Shown here: positions 1 through 9,702 of the stretch, one piece after another
Layout of the letters: every line of letters begins with the position of its first letter
Position numbering within the stretch: position 1 is the first letter of the stretch
DNA from: Candidatus Delongbacteria bacterium
Lineage (GTDB): Bacteria; UBA4055
Reading direction: 5' to 3'
Assembly: GCA_003477045.1 (NCBI GenBank)
Contig: DMTS01000056.1
Location: 41,378 to 105,377, forward strand
DNA length: 64,000 nt
Made by a program: the position numbers and the translations under genes
The notes under the pieces: model-generated
What the model was told of the DNA's origin: nothing
Database searches by the model: none
The model's input: the letters and a program-made list of their open reading frames with translations, nothing else

Positions 1-1130
1 CCGCCTTTACTTGTCAGAAAAGCCGGCAGACCGTCATTTGTGGCAGTATCGAGCATATATTCAATCCTTCTCTCGCTGATATTTGCGAGTTCGCTTATAG
101 CTATGCTCATGAAATCCATTACAAAAGCAATCGGCTCTCCGTGAAAATTTCCGCCGGATATAACTTCATGTCCGTTGTCGAATACAAGGGGATTATCCGT
201 AACCGAATTCATCTCGGTCTCAACAACAGATCTTGCGTGATTATATGTATCTTTGACAGCGCCGTGAACCTGAGGAATACATCTAAGGCTGTATGCATCC
301 TGAACTTTGTTGCAGTCCTTATGCGATAAAATTATCCCGGACTTTTTAAGGAGATTTAGAAAATTTTCGGCTGTGCTGATCTGACCTTTATGAGGTCTTG
401 CTTTCTGTATTCTCGCATCAAATGGAGATAGCGATCCTTTAAGCGCTTCAAGGCTCATTGCTCCTATAATGTCGGCAGACTTTATAATATTTGCCGCTTT
501 TAAAAGCGAGACAGCGGCTATTGAAGTCATTACCTGTGTTCCATTGAGTATAGCCAATCCCTCTTTTTGCCTCAGTTCCAAAATAGGGATGCGGGCGTTA
601 TTCATCGCGGCTTTACCGGAGATTAATTTTCCTTTAAAGTAAGCTTTCCCATTCCCGGTCATAACCAGAGCCATGTGCGAGAGCGGTGCAAGATCGCCTG
701 ATGCTCCGACCGATCCTTTCTCAGGAATGTACGGAATAACATTTTTATTTATCATGGAGATAAGTGTTTCTGCAACTTCGATCCTTACTCCTGAATAGCC
801 CTGAAGAAAGCTGTTAAGCTTTAGAAGCATTATTCCCCTGACAACATCTTCGGCAAGAGGTTTTCCTACTCCGACTGCATGAGACAGAACGATTTTTTTT
901 TGAAGCAGAACCGTGTCCTTTTTATCTATAATAACGCTGCTGAATTTTCCGAAACCTGTGTTTATTCCGTACCTAACAACATTTTTTTCAACTATATCTT
1001 CGACAATTTTTCTGCAGGAGTTTATTTTTTTTACGGATAAAACACTTATTGACACATGTATTCTGTTGAGAATAATCATCTTGAAAGAATTAAGGTCGAG
1101 GTTTTTTCCGTTAAGTTCAAATGATTTCAT
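1..1130 (-). CDS. hutH: histidine ammonia-lyase (partial; C-terminus runs off the left edge of the window)
   Basis: Reverse-strand translation from the ATG at 1130 gives MKSFELNGKNL...YGINTGFGKF...GSVGASGDLAPLSHMAL, which carries the Ala-Ser-Gly MIO-forming triad. The ORF is absent from the supplied track because it has no stop codon in the window. Confidence 0.85.
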   Translation of the reverse strand, partial: MKSFELNGKNLDLNSFKMIILNRIHVSISVLSVKKINSCRKIVEDIVEKNVVRYGINTGFGKFSSVIIDKKDTVLLQKKIVLSHAVGVGKPLAEDVVRGIMLLKLNSFLQGYSGVRIEVAETLISMINKNVIPYIPEKGSVGASGDLAPLSHMALVMTGNGKAYFKGKLISGKAAMNNARIPILELRQKEGLAILNGTQVMTSIAAVSLLKAANIIKSADIIGAMSLEALKGSLSPFDARIQKARPHKGQISTAENFLNLLKKSGIILSHKDCNKVQDAYSLRCIPQVHGAVKDTYNHARSVVETEMNSVTDNPLVFDNGHEVISGGNFHGEPIAFVMDFMSIAISELANISERRIEYMLDTATNDGLPAFLTSKG

Positions 1131-1196
1131 TAAAAGTCTCCATAAAATCAAACCGTCCGAAAAATCGGACGGTTTAAAAAATGTAAGTTGCCGATC

Positions 1197-2417
1197 CTAT
1201 TCAACTGTGATTTGCACTTTTGAAGTGTTTCTTACTATTTCTCTGCTGACAGATGCCATATAAACTGAAGCGTCTGCAAAATTATTTTTAAAAACTTTAT
1301 CTTTTACGGCTCCCGGATAAGTCATGCCGAAAGAAGATTTAAAAGTCTGAGCGCTCTGTTGAAGGACTTTGCCTTCTCTGTCGAGGAATTTTATAGAGAT
1401 TATAAAGTTCCCGACATTATTCTCGAATATCTCTCTTTCGCTTATGACCTTACTTGCATTCGGATTATATACGCCGTCCTGAAGAGCGTCATCGTTGCCT
1501 CCGGTAGAAGAAAATTTCTTAATAAGCTCATTGGTCATATAATAAGCGTCCGGAGCAAGAGTCAGTCTGAGCGACATATCAATATCAAAGTGCGTTCCGC
1601 CGTTTCTTGGTGAAAGATTAGATGAAAGAAGCTCGGCACTGTAGCTTTTGGATATCTTTCTTGTTGTCATATACTGTTTTCTGAAAGGTGAGCTTACGGT
1701 AAAGTCAGTTTCAAGAAGATTTAGTGCGAATATCCCCTCTCCGTAGAAATAAGCCAGAGCCTTGTCATAATTGATCTTTGCCATTGAGTTAGAAGGATCT
1801 TCCTTGTAAGCTTCTTCGAAGAAATCTGCGGCCCCTTTATAGTCCTTGTTCCTGAAACTTATTTTACCTTTGTATATGTTTGAAATTCCCGTTCTTTTAG
1901 CTGTCAGGTCTATCTGCTTTATTTTCTGTATTTCATCCATGGAAGGGTTAACTCCCATGTTTGTGCAAAGCGGATGAGTAATGTATGAAACTATCGTATA
2001 AAGATCGTTTGCAAATCCCTGAATTACTATCGGAGCTATCACTGTGCTGTCTTTAAGATTATAGATAGATACAGTGATAGGCAGGCTGTTGTCTGGGTTG
2101 ACCCTGTATTCGCCTGTTATCAGAAAATCAAGCTTGAAATGTTCTTTTATATCTCCTTCAAAAGATGCCTTATTAGCGGTATTCAGGAATGTATTAGAAC
2201 CTTTGGAAGAAAGGTAGTCATAGATCTGATCATCCTTAACCAAATTAAGTTCAGCTACATTTTCCAGTTTTTCAGAAATTATATCAGTAAGAGCGTATCC
2301 GATCCATTTATTCTGAAAATCACCGGTAGTCTGTGAAAGCGAATAGAATCCTACATTTACTTTTGCGACAGCCAGAGACATCAGGATCATAACGATTACT
2401 ATAGATTTCTTATGCAT
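1197..2417 (-). CDS. secreted TPR-repeat protein (hypothetical)
   Basis: N-terminal signal peptide MHKKSIVIVMILMSLAVA and a TPR-like segment KGAADFFEEAYKEDPSNSMAKINYDKALAYFY. It is divergent from the large OM-protein gene. Confidence 0.5.
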   Translation of the reverse strand: MHKKSIVIVMILMSLAVAKVNVGFYSLSQTTGDFQNKWIGYALTDIISEKLENVAELNLVKDDQIYDYLSSKGSNTFLNTANKASFEGDIKEHFKLDFLITGEYRVNPDNSLPITVSIYNLKDSTVIAPIVIQGFANDLYTIVSYITHPLCTNMGVNPSMDEIQKIKQIDLTAKRTGISNIYKGKISFRNKDYKGAADFFEEAYKEDPSNSMAKINYDKALAYFYGEGIFALNLLETDFTVSSPFRKQYMTTRKISKSYSAELLSSNLSPRNGGTHFDIDMSLRLTLAPDAYYMTNELIKKFSSTGGNDDALQDGVYNPNASKVISEREIFENNVGNFIISIKFLDREGKVLQQSAQTFKSSFGMTYPGAVKDKVFKNNFADASVYMASVSREIVRNTSKVQITVE

Positions 2418-2575
2418 TTTTTACCTCATTTAAGTTAAACTTATAACGCAGGTATTTGCCTGCTATTGTAATAATAGGCTAAAATTAACAATTTTGCAAG
2501 TATTTTTATTTGTTCAAAAAATCTGCTATATGGGTTTCATTTGAAACAAAACCCTTGAAAATCTGTTATAAGTTC

Positions 2576-5500
2576 ATGATATTCAACAGAAATTATCAAG
2601 GGAGAAGATCAGGTTTGCTTAAGAAAATTTTCATATCAGCCGTGTTTATGCTTAGTTGCGGCATAAAAGCTCAGGTTTATGATTTTATTGACAAACCGTT
2701 TTATAAATATCAGGCACTCGATTCTCTTAGTACAGATTCGATAAAAGTAAATAAGATAATCTTTGGCGAAAATAAAATAAATAAACCTGACATAATAAAA
2801 AAAGGCACAATATACAGGGGTATCAAAATTGATGCAGATTCAGGTGCCGGTATGGTTTCGGGGTTAAATCTTGAAGTGGCAGGCAATCTGACGGACAGCA
2901 TTGAAGTGTCAGCATATATTTCTGATGACAGGCTGGCCGTTACCGAAGAAGGATCTTCTGAATCGTTTTCCGATATCGAGAAAATTTATATACAGTTCAG
3001 ACATCCCAATTTCCTTTCAAGAATGGGTGACTTTAAAACAGATTACAAATCCGGAGAATTCGGTGAGTTGAAAAAGGAATTATCAGGAGCCTTTTTTAAG
3101 GTTAACAGCCGGAATAATTATGTGGAAGGTTTTATTTCAGGCCAAAGTCCCGTCTTTGAAGCATTTCAGACAACGGGTATTGAAGGCATTTCCGGTCCGT
3201 ATATACTGAGGTCAGGCTACGCATCTGAAACCGAAATAATTCCTGGTTCAGAGACAGTTTATATAAACGGAAAGCGCTTAGAAAGAGGGGAGGAATTTTA
3301 CATTGACTACCAAAGTTCAGAACTTTATATAAAACCGGGAATTCATGTCCGTAGCGGAGATATTATTAGTGCAGATTTTCAGTATAAAGTCTCAGATTAT
3401 GAAAAAACAGTTTACGGATTCAACTCCAGAAACAGTTTTTTTAAAAGTAATCTCAGTGCAGATGTCAGCTTTTTTTCAGAATCTGATAACAAGAATAAAC
3501 CCGTAGATTTTGAAATGAACGATGAAATATCGGAAGCGATGGAAGCAGATCAGAGCAGTTACATTTATATATCCGGTGCAGAATTATCAACAGGTAAAGG
3601 CGATTACGATATGCTGCCGGATTCTTTACATTATGTGTATGCGGGAGCAGGAAACGGCGATTATAGAGTAAGATTTACTAAAACAGTATCTGCAGGAGAA
3701 TATGATGTGTCGTACGACAGTCTTGGGACTGCCTATTTCATTTACGATCCGGTCGAAGGTGGTGATTATTTGCCCCTTATACGAAGAAATGCACCGGCAA
3801 GTTACTCAAGGTTTCATTCATCCGTAAATTACAAAGGTAGGAATTTTGAAGCTGAAACCGAATTTGTTGCTTCGGCGGAAAACGAAAATTTATTTTATTC
3901 GGATGATACTGAATTTTCCGGGTTAGGCGACAGGGAAAAAATTACTCTGAAGACCGATGAAAAAAAGTACGGGAAATTCGAATTTGATCTGTCGCGAAAA
4001 TATTTCAACAGTGACCTTGAACTGACATCAAGGCTGAATGAGGTTGCATCTGAAGACAAAATAGATATATATAGCGGTTCAAATATATTCAAAACTTTAA
4101 TTTACAAAGGGAAAATTTCACACAGCTACGGTAAACATTTTCTGACAGGCTATGAGAAGGAATATTCGCGATCGGGCAGAAGCAACCTGAAGTCAGATAA
4201 AATAATTTCAGAAGGCGGTTTAGGCAGATACTCGTATGCGGGTTCTGTAACATTAAGCAATCTGAACAGGGACTCAATTGATACTGAAAAAAGGTTTTAC
4301 GATTTTAATAATAATTATAAGTCTGAACATTTTTTTATTGAACCGTATTACAAAAAAATTAAGACTAAAGAGATAACCGGTTCTAATACAACGGGGATTG
4401 ATGAAGAAAAATTCGGAAGTAATCTCGGATTCAGCAATAAAGACCAGCTGAATGTCGATATAAAAACAGAACTTGCCGTTTATGAGACTATGCAGAACGG
4501 CGACCGGACCAAGTTTTTTAAGAGTTACAGCAATTCTGCAGAAATAAAAAGCAGGATAAGTTCAGTGCTTTATTCAGAAGCTCTCTGGTCAAAAGTAGTA
4601 AATAAATTTACTTCACGAGATTCTACCGATACAGATTACGATCAGCTTGAATTCAGGATTAATTACAATAAAAGCGATATGTACAGAATTTATGCGGAAT
4701 ACGCTACAGAGAGAACCCGTTTCATTCCGAAAGTAAGAACTTACTATAAAGTTGAGGAAGGCACAGGAAGTTTTGTTTTTGCTGACGGGGAATATTTTCC
4801 TGATGAGTTCGGTAACTATGATTATTATACTGCAATTTCAGACGAAGGAAAGGATGTAACAGGAGTTAAATTCGATCTTAAAACATACTTTGATTTTAAA
4901 GACAGGAACAGTAACGATAATATTACATATTGGCTATCCAGGATAGATATTGAACAAAGTATATTTTTATACGAAAAAACGACTGATCCTGATATTGCCG
5001 AGATAATGTTCCTTAACATAAAGAAATTTCAGAGCGATTCGACTGTAAGCGGGACTATAGATTCAAAGACGACTTTGAGTTTTATGAAAAAAAACCGGAA
5101 CAGTTATGATTATTCATATTATTACAGAAAGAATATGAGCGGGGAATATCTGAATTATACGGAGAATTCTTTACTAAAAGAACATACTGCTGTATATACG
5201 CACAGGTCAGATAAGTTCACGCACAGATTTAAAGGCAGACTGTCAAACAGCAGCAGGTACGGATCTGGAGGTTCACTTTCTGATGAGCTTGGAAAAAAAT
5301 ATTATTCGTACAATATCAGGCATAATATCAATGCAAGTACATATTACTTTACCGAAATTGAATACGGTAATGAAACCGAATCTGTAAGAGATATTGTGTC
5401 TGACAGCTATAGAATATTCTCAGGTATCACTTCAGGGATTTTTGGAAAAGGAATTGTACGTTCTGAGGCAGAAGCTGTCAGAATATTTTGTGACGGGCAG

Positions 5501-5677
5501 ATACCTTTCACGATGAATTCTGGATACGGTAGCGGATGGAGTTATAAATGGCGCGTTTCGTCAGATTACGAGTTCAGTGCGAGCGTAACAGGTAGTTTGA
5601 GCTATAACGGAAGATTTTTGTCGAACGATCCGAAGCCGTTTCATGAGCTTAAAGCTGAGATTTTGATGAATTTATAA
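2576..5677 (+). CDS. large (about 1030 aa) predicted outer-membrane beta-barrel-like protein, hypothetical
   Basis: The track ORF begins at TTG 2510. The in-frame ATG at 2576 gives MIFNRNYQGRRSGLLKKIFISAVFMLSCGIKA-QV, a good signal peptide. Composition is Tyr/Ser/Asp/Gly-rich with alternating patterns typical of beta-strand-rich OM proteins. I recognised no catalytic motif. Confidence 0.5.
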   Translation: MIFNRNYQGRRSGLLKKIFISAVFMLSCGIKAQVYDFIDKPFYKYQALDSLSTDSIKVNKIIFGENKINKPDIIKKGTIYRGIKIDADSGAGMVSGLNLEVAGNLTDSIEVSAYISDDRLAVTEEGSSESFSDIEKIYIQFRHPNFLSRMGDFKTDYKSGEFGELKKELSGAFFKVNSRNNYVEGFISGQSPVFEAFQTTGIEGISGPYILRSGYASETEIIPGSETVYINGKRLERGEEFYIDYQSSELYIKPGIHVRSGDIISADFQYKVSDYEKTVYGFNSRNSFFKSNLSADVSFFSESDNKNKPVDFEMNDEISEAMEADQSSYIYISGAELSTGKGDYDMLPDSLHYVYAGAGNGDYRVRFTKTVSAGEYDVSYDSLGTAYFIYDPVEGGDYLPLIRRNAPASYSRFHSSVNYKGRNFEAETEFVASAENENLFYSDDTEFSGLGDREKITLKTDEKKYGKFEFDLSRKYFNSDLELTSRLNEVASEDKIDIYSGSNIFKTLIYKGKISHSYGKHFLTGYEKEYSRSGRSNLKSDKIISEGGLGRYSYAGSVTLSNLNRDSIDTEKRFYDFNNNYKSEHFFIEPYYKKIKTKEITGSNTTGIDEEKFGSNLGFSNKDQLNVDIKTELAVYETMQNGDRTKFFKSYSNSAEIKSRISSVLYSEALWSKVVNKFTSRDSTDTDYDQLEFRINYNKSDMYRIYAEYATERTRFIPKVRTYYKVEEGTGSFVFADGEYFPDEFGNYDYYTAISDEGKDVTGVKFDLKTYFDFKDRNSNDNITYWLSRIDIEQSIFLYEKTTDPDIAEIMFLNIKKFQSDSTVSGTIDSKTTLSFMKKNRNSYDYSYYYRKNMSGEYLNYTENSLLKEHTAVYTHRSDKFTHRFKGRLSNSSRYGSGGSLSDELGKKYYSYNIRHNINASTYYFTEIEYGNETESVRDIVSDSYRIFSGITSGIFGKGIVRSEAEAVRIFCDGQIPFTMNSGYGSGWSYKWRVSSDYEFSASVTGSLSYNGRFLSNDPKPFHELKAEILMNL

Positions 5678-5738
5678 TTAAATTCTTGAAATATTCCAAT
5701 ACAATTTATATATTTAACAATAATTTTTGGAGAATCCT

Positions 5739-6860
5739 ATGAAATCATTCATCAAATTAGCCGCGTCATTTCTGGTCCTGATAATACTGATCAACTGCTC
5801 TAAAACTCAAAATTATACCATAGTTGAGATAAACGGTTTAAAATATTACAAGAACACAGGGGAAGCCGCTGGAAAATACAGGCCTCAGACGAAATTTTTA
5901 TTTGAGATTAAAGGTCCTGAAAATGTTCCAGACTCAATGAAAGGAATTGGTGCTATTGTTGATGTATTGGCAGACTTTAACGACAATTTTTATATTCTTG
6001 ACGGTGTGCATGCTACAATTAAAAAATATAACCGCAACGGCGGATTCGAGAGGTATTTCCCTGAACAGAGCGGTATTGCTGTCGAGCAGTTTCAGAAACC
6101 CACACAGTTCGCGATTTTGTACGATACTCTTGTAGTTTATGATCCGCCGGCAGGTAAATTTCTCAAGTACCTGACAAGCGGGACTTTTATTGAATCGCAA
6201 TATGTTATGTCAGGGATCCAGCCTATCGGTCTCGGTTCTGACGGTAGAACGAATCTGAGCACATTTTCATCAATAACAATTACGCATGAAAATGTGAAGT
6301 ATATGGTCAATGGTCTATGTGTTCTTAACGGAAGGCTGAAGAACGAATACGAAGTCAGAGAAGTAAGAATTCCAATGGATGAAAATTTCTTTTTCCCTGA
6401 CGCTATGATGAATTATACCGCAAAGGACGGCGTATTTTATGTTACGGAAAACATGAGCGATGCGTACAGGATCTATGTTGCGGATAACAGGGGTAATTTG
6501 ATTTATATTATAGAAAAGGAATATAAAAAAATACCCTATAACCAATACGAAATTTCTCAGCTTAACGGGTTTATTGCAGCATCTGATCTGCCGAAACTCG
6601 ATTCAACAAGAACATACTATAAAAAGGCTGTAAATACTATTGAAATTGACAAGAACAACAGATTATGGGCGCAGCCTTCTCTTGACAGGACGACGACCAA
6701 TCAGGACTCTTTCTATATAGATGTTTTTGATAAAGGTGTTTTCATAAACAGGACCGTGCTTGACTTTATTAAAGGAAACGAGATCTACAAGCTGGAAGGC
6801 AACAGGATCTATGTGATCGCAGAAGACAGAAAATCAGTACGAGTGTATGATTACGAGTAA
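5739..6860 (+). CDS. lipoprotein with repeated beta-propeller-like blades (hypothetical)
   Basis: GGAGA at 5729-5733 precedes the ATG at 5739. MKSFIKLAASFLVLIILINC is a lipobox. Repeated FYxxD/YV...D..GN.IY blade-like units occur (FYILDGVHATIKKYNRNGGF, FYVTENMSDAYRIYVADNRGNLIY, GNRIYVIAEDRKSVRVYDYE). Confidence 0.5.
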   Translation: MKSFIKLAASFLVLIILINCSKTQNYTIVEINGLKYYKNTGEAAGKYRPQTKFLFEIKGPENVPDSMKGIGAIVDVLADFNDNFYILDGVHATIKKYNRNGGFERYFPEQSGIAVEQFQKPTQFAILYDTLVVYDPPAGKFLKYLTSGTFIESQYVMSGIQPIGLGSDGRTNLSTFSSITITHENVKYMVNGLCVLNGRLKNEYEVREVRIPMDENFFFPDAMMNYTAKDGVFYVTENMSDAYRIYVADNRGNLIYIIEKEYKKIPYNQYEISQLNGFIAASDLPKLDSTRTYYKKAVNTIEIDKNNRLWAQPSLDRTTTNQDSFYIDVFDKGVFINRTVLDFIKGNEIYKLEGNRIYVIAEDRKSVRVYDYE

Positions 6861-7355
6861 TTAAAGCTTATATTTGATATTTCTAAGAAAGTCTTTCCGC
6901 CATTTTTTATCTTCACCCGATTCGATGCCTGCCGGTTTCGATCCGTCTATAACCCCCATGATGCCTCTGCCGGATTTCGATGATCCTACAATAACGCTTA
7001 CAGGGTTTGCAGTTGCGCAGAATATATTGCAAACTTCAGGAACATCTTTGATCCTGCCCAGAACATTGATAGGGAAAGCATTTTTCATTACGATTATAAA
7101 AGAATGTCCGCATGAAAGGTTCATTGCATTTTCAGTCGCGATATTCATCAGTTCTTCGTCATTGCCGTCAAACCTGACTAGACATTTTCCAGACGCTTCA
7201 CAGAAAGCTACGCCGAACCGCACTCCCGGTACGGTATTTACCATCGCTTCATAGATGTCTTCGACTGTTTTGATAAAATGCGACTGACCGAGGATTATAT
7301 TAACATCTTCGGGAAATTTTAGATCTACCAGTTCGATGTTCATAAGCTGCTCCAT
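6861..7355 (-). CDS. adenosine-specific-kinase-like small protein (PF04008-like; assignment from memory)
   Basis: The 164-aa protein contains [34 protein letters not shown]. This resembles the conserved N-terminal block I recall for the adenosine-specific kinase family. It is in the same operon as the sigma-54 activator and the LptE-like gene. Confidence 0.4.
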   Translation of the reverse strand: MEQLMNIELVDLKFPEDVNIILGQSHFIKTVEDIYEAMVNTVPGVRFGVAFCEASGKCLVRFDGNDEELMNIATENAMNLSCGHSFIIVMKNAFPINVLGRIKDVPEVCNIFCATANPVSVIVGSSKSGRGIMGVIDGSKPAGIESGEDKKWRKDFLRNIKYKL

Positions 7356-7362
7356 ATTAAGA

Positions 7363-7857
7363 TTACCAGTTTGAGCTCAGGCCGAATACTATATTTTCAG
7401 CAAGCCTGTCAGTCAGTTGGTCAAAAGCTTCATCCCTTGCAGCGTCTCCGCCTGAAGCTTCATAATATTCTGTTTCGGTGACCATGTGGTTTTTTACGAT
7501 AAATTCGCCTGAACTATTGTCGAAAAAATTCAATTCGACAGAAATTTTAACGGCCATCTGATCGGCTGTTTCGTCCCTTGACTGGGATTCGATTGTCTCA
7601 CTGTATAATTTAATAGTTCCGTAAATTTTAGAATCCGCAGAAGGAGAGTTCTCTATTATAAAATAATTAAAATCTTCAATTTTTTCTGTGACCTTTTTGT
7701 TCAGAATGTCAGGCAGTTTCAGATCGTATCTTCCGGTATTATCTTCGAACAGGATAAGTTGGGCATTTTTGATAGAGGGTGGTATGCTTTTTCCTGAAAA
7801 TGAATATATTCCGCATGAAGTAATAGTTAAAATGAAGAAGCAAAGTATATATTTCAT
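7363..7857 (-). CDS. lptE: LptE-like LPS-assembly lipoprotein
   Basis: Lipobox [14 protein letters not shown] parallels E. coli LptE AGCGWHLRD. The block [23 protein letters not shown] parallels LptE [22 protein letters not shown]. Its start overlaps the activator gene stop by 4 bp. Confidence 0.45.
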   Translation of the reverse strand: MKYILCFFILTITSCGIYSFSGKSIPPSIKNAQLILFEDNTGRYDLKLPDILNKKVTEKIEDFNYFIIENSPSADSKIYGTIKLYSETIESQSRDETADQMAVKISVELNFFDNSSGEFIVKNHMVTETEYYEASGGDAARDEAFDQLTDRLAENIVFGLSSNW

Positions 7858-9008
7858 ACTTCAATTCCGTATTTTTCGATCTTCCTGTAAAGTGTTCTCT
7901 CACTCATATTCATCTCTTCTGCGGTCTTTCTTCTGTTACCGCCGTGTCTTCTCAAACTTGCGGATATTATTTCCTTTTCCGTTTGAGTTTCAGCAGGTTT
8001 TATTTCTCTTGCAGGGTCAAGATTATCCTTCAAATTCGACTTTTCTGTGAAATAGTCAGGAGTAATGTCTTTTGTATAGGTGTTAAGTATGAATTTCTTT
8101 ATAAGGTTAAGATCGCTTTTTATTTCTAAGAGAGTTCTGAATATGAGCTCGCTATCTTGTTTAAGCGGATCTTCATTAATGACCATCGGAAGGTATGATG
8201 CAACTTTTTCTGTCTTAAGATATTTTCTAATTATGTCTCCGTCAACAGCTTTACCAGTCTCCATGACAGTAAGCATGTCAATAAAGTTCTTAAGCTCTCT
8301 CACATTCCCTTTCCAATGATGGTTGGCGATCTCGGAAAGTGATTCCTTATCGAACAGCAGCTGAGACCGTCCGTATTTATCTGCAGAATCATGTGCGAAT
8401 TTAAGTACGAACAAAGGAATGTCTGTCAGTCTTTCCCTAAGTGAAGGAAGGTGAAGCGTAACAGCTTTGAGTCTGAAATACAGGTCTTCACGGAAAGTTC
8501 CTTTTTCAACCATTTTAGTCAGGTTTTTATTAGTAGCCGCAATTATTCTTACATCTACCTGAATATTTGTTGAACCGCCAACCTTCATGAATGTCCCGTT
8601 CTCAAGCACTCTTAAAAGTTTGACCTGGCTTGAAAGAGGAAGTTCGCCGATCTCGTCGAGAAATATAGTTCCCTTATCAGCAACCTCAAAATACCCTTTT
8701 GATTTTTCTGAAGCACTTGTAAAAGAGCCTTTTTCGTGCCCGAAAAGTTCATTTTCGATAAGCCCTTCGGGTATAGCTCCGCAGTTGATAGGTATGAACC
8801 TGCTATTTTTTCTTTCGCTGAGTTTATGTAACAGTTCTGCAATAATTTCTTTACCTGTTCCGCTTTCTCCGGAAATTAGTACCGAAAGGCTTGTCGGCGC
8901 GACAGTTTTTACTATCGTAATAACTTCGGAGATCCTGTCGGAATTTCCGATTATGCCGAACTCGTTGTAGTTGGGTCCGTAATCTAAATTCAGTTGTTTT
9001 AATGACAT
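7854..9008 (-). CDS. sigma-54-dependent transcriptional activator (bEBP) that lacks any N-terminal sensory or receiver domain
   Basis: The AAA+ sigma-54 activation domain has Walker A GESGTGKE, ENELFGHEKGSFTSA (a GAFTGA-loop variant), Walker B GTIFLDEIGEL and the arginine finger region FREDLYFRL. A C-terminal Fis-type HTH is RRHGGNRRKTAEEMNMSERTLYRKIEKYG. Only about 25 aa precede the AAA+ core. Confidence 0.85.
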   Translation of the reverse strand: MSLKQLNLDYGPNYNEFGIIGNSDRISEVITIVKTVAPTSLSVLISGESGTGKEIIAELLHKLSERKNSRFIPINCGAIPEGLIENELFGHEKGSFTSASEKSKGYFEVADKGTIFLDEIGELPLSSQVKLLRVLENGTFMKVGGSTNIQVDVRIIAATNKNLTKMVEKGTFREDLYFRLKAVTLHLPSLRERLTDIPLFVLKFAHDSADKYGRSQLLFDKESLSEIANHHWKGNVRELKNFIDMLTVMETGKAVDGDIIRKYLKTEKVASYLPMVINEDPLKQDSELIFRTLLEIKSDLNLIKKFILNTYTKDITPDYFTEKSNLKDNLDPAREIKPAETQTEKEIISASLRRHGGNRRKTAEEMNMSERTLYRKIEKYGIEV

Positions 9009-9247
9009 AAGTTTACCGGTCCTGATCCCTTAAGTTTAAGTTCTGAACCGGAATATAATATAATTCAGCTGTTTCTTCAAGCATATTATTGCATACTGCC
9101 AAGAAAATATTTCATTTAGTTGTTGATTTTATGATAAATATGTTTTAAAATTAGTGTGTTATTAATCGTTATGTAGAAAAAGGGATTTAAAATACAGAGA
9201 ACTTTTTATAGAACAAACCTAAAGGAAACGCAAACCAGGAGAGGCGA

Positions 9248-9619
9248 ATGAAAATTTACGCGGGAAATCTGTCTTACACAACAAAAGACGACGATCTGAA
9301 AAAAGCGTTCGAAGAATTCGGACAAGTTGATTCAGCGGTAGTAGTGACAGATAAAATTGACGGCCGTTCAAAAGGATTCGGTTTTGTAGAAATGCCGAAC
9401 AACGATGAAGCGCTTAATGCGATCAAAGAGATGAACGGAAGAGAACTGAACGGAAGAGAACTGAAAGTCAACGAATCTAAACCTAAACCGGAAGGCGAAG
9501 GCAACAGAGGCTTTCATGGCGGAAGCAGGGGCGGATTCGGCGGCGGCAACAGGGGCGGACAGACAGGAAATAGAGGCGGGTTTAACAACAGCCGCGGTGG
9601 AAGTCGAGGAGACAGATAA
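9248..9619 (+). CDS. RRM-type RNA-binding protein with a glycine/arginine-rich tail
   Basis: RNP-2 IYAGNL and RNP-1 KGFGFVEM are present. The C-terminus is RGFHGGSRGGFGGGNRGG.... The SD GGAGAGG lies 5 nt upstream of the start. Confidence 0.85.
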   Translation: MKIYAGNLSYTTKDDDLKKAFEEFGQVDSAVVVTDKIDGRSKGFGFVEMPNNDEALNAIKEMNGRELNGRELKVNESKPKPEGEGNRGFHGGSRGGFGGGNRGGQTGNRGGFNNSRGGSRGDR

Positions 9620-9652
9620 ACAGAATCGTTTCTCTTTAAATATTTCCAAATC

Positions 9653-9684
9653 AATTAGGCGCTTTATTGCGCCTAATTTGTTTT
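9653..9684 (+). terminator. rho-independent terminator after the RRM gene
   Basis: A perfect 10-bp stem aattaggcgc / gcgcctaatt has loop tttatt and is followed by tgtttt. The supplied TTG 'start' at 9667 lies inside this hairpin. Confidence 0.6.
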
Positions 9685-9702
9685 AATAATCGGGGATATA
9701 TC

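Noticed and set aside
913-1263. 116-aa + strand ORF in the supplied track
   Set aside because: It lies antisense within the hutH coding region and its intergenic tail. The product is a low-complexity hydrophobic peptide with no SD. It is a shadow ORF of hutH.
9009-9247. Searched the divergent spacer between the sigma-54 activator and the RRM gene for a -24/-12 (GG-N10-GC) promoter
   Set aside because: I could not find a TGGCAC-N5-TTGCW-like match on either strand by eye. The only TTGCA (about 9088) lacks an upstream GG at the right spacing. Not reported as a feature.
9274-9649. Two minus-strand ORFs (76 and 93 aa) antisense to the RRM/Gly-rich gene
   Set aside because: They are artefacts of the GGN/CGN repeat composition of the glycine-arginine tail. 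The products are Ala/Ser/Pro-rich nonsense, and the sense-strand RRM protein is clearly real.
9667-9702. TTG start at 9667 proposed by the ORF track for the FAD oxidoreductase
   Set aside because: It lies inside the terminator hairpin of the upstream gene. The ATG at 9703, preceded by GGGGA, gives a conventional N-terminus just before the GxGxxG motif.
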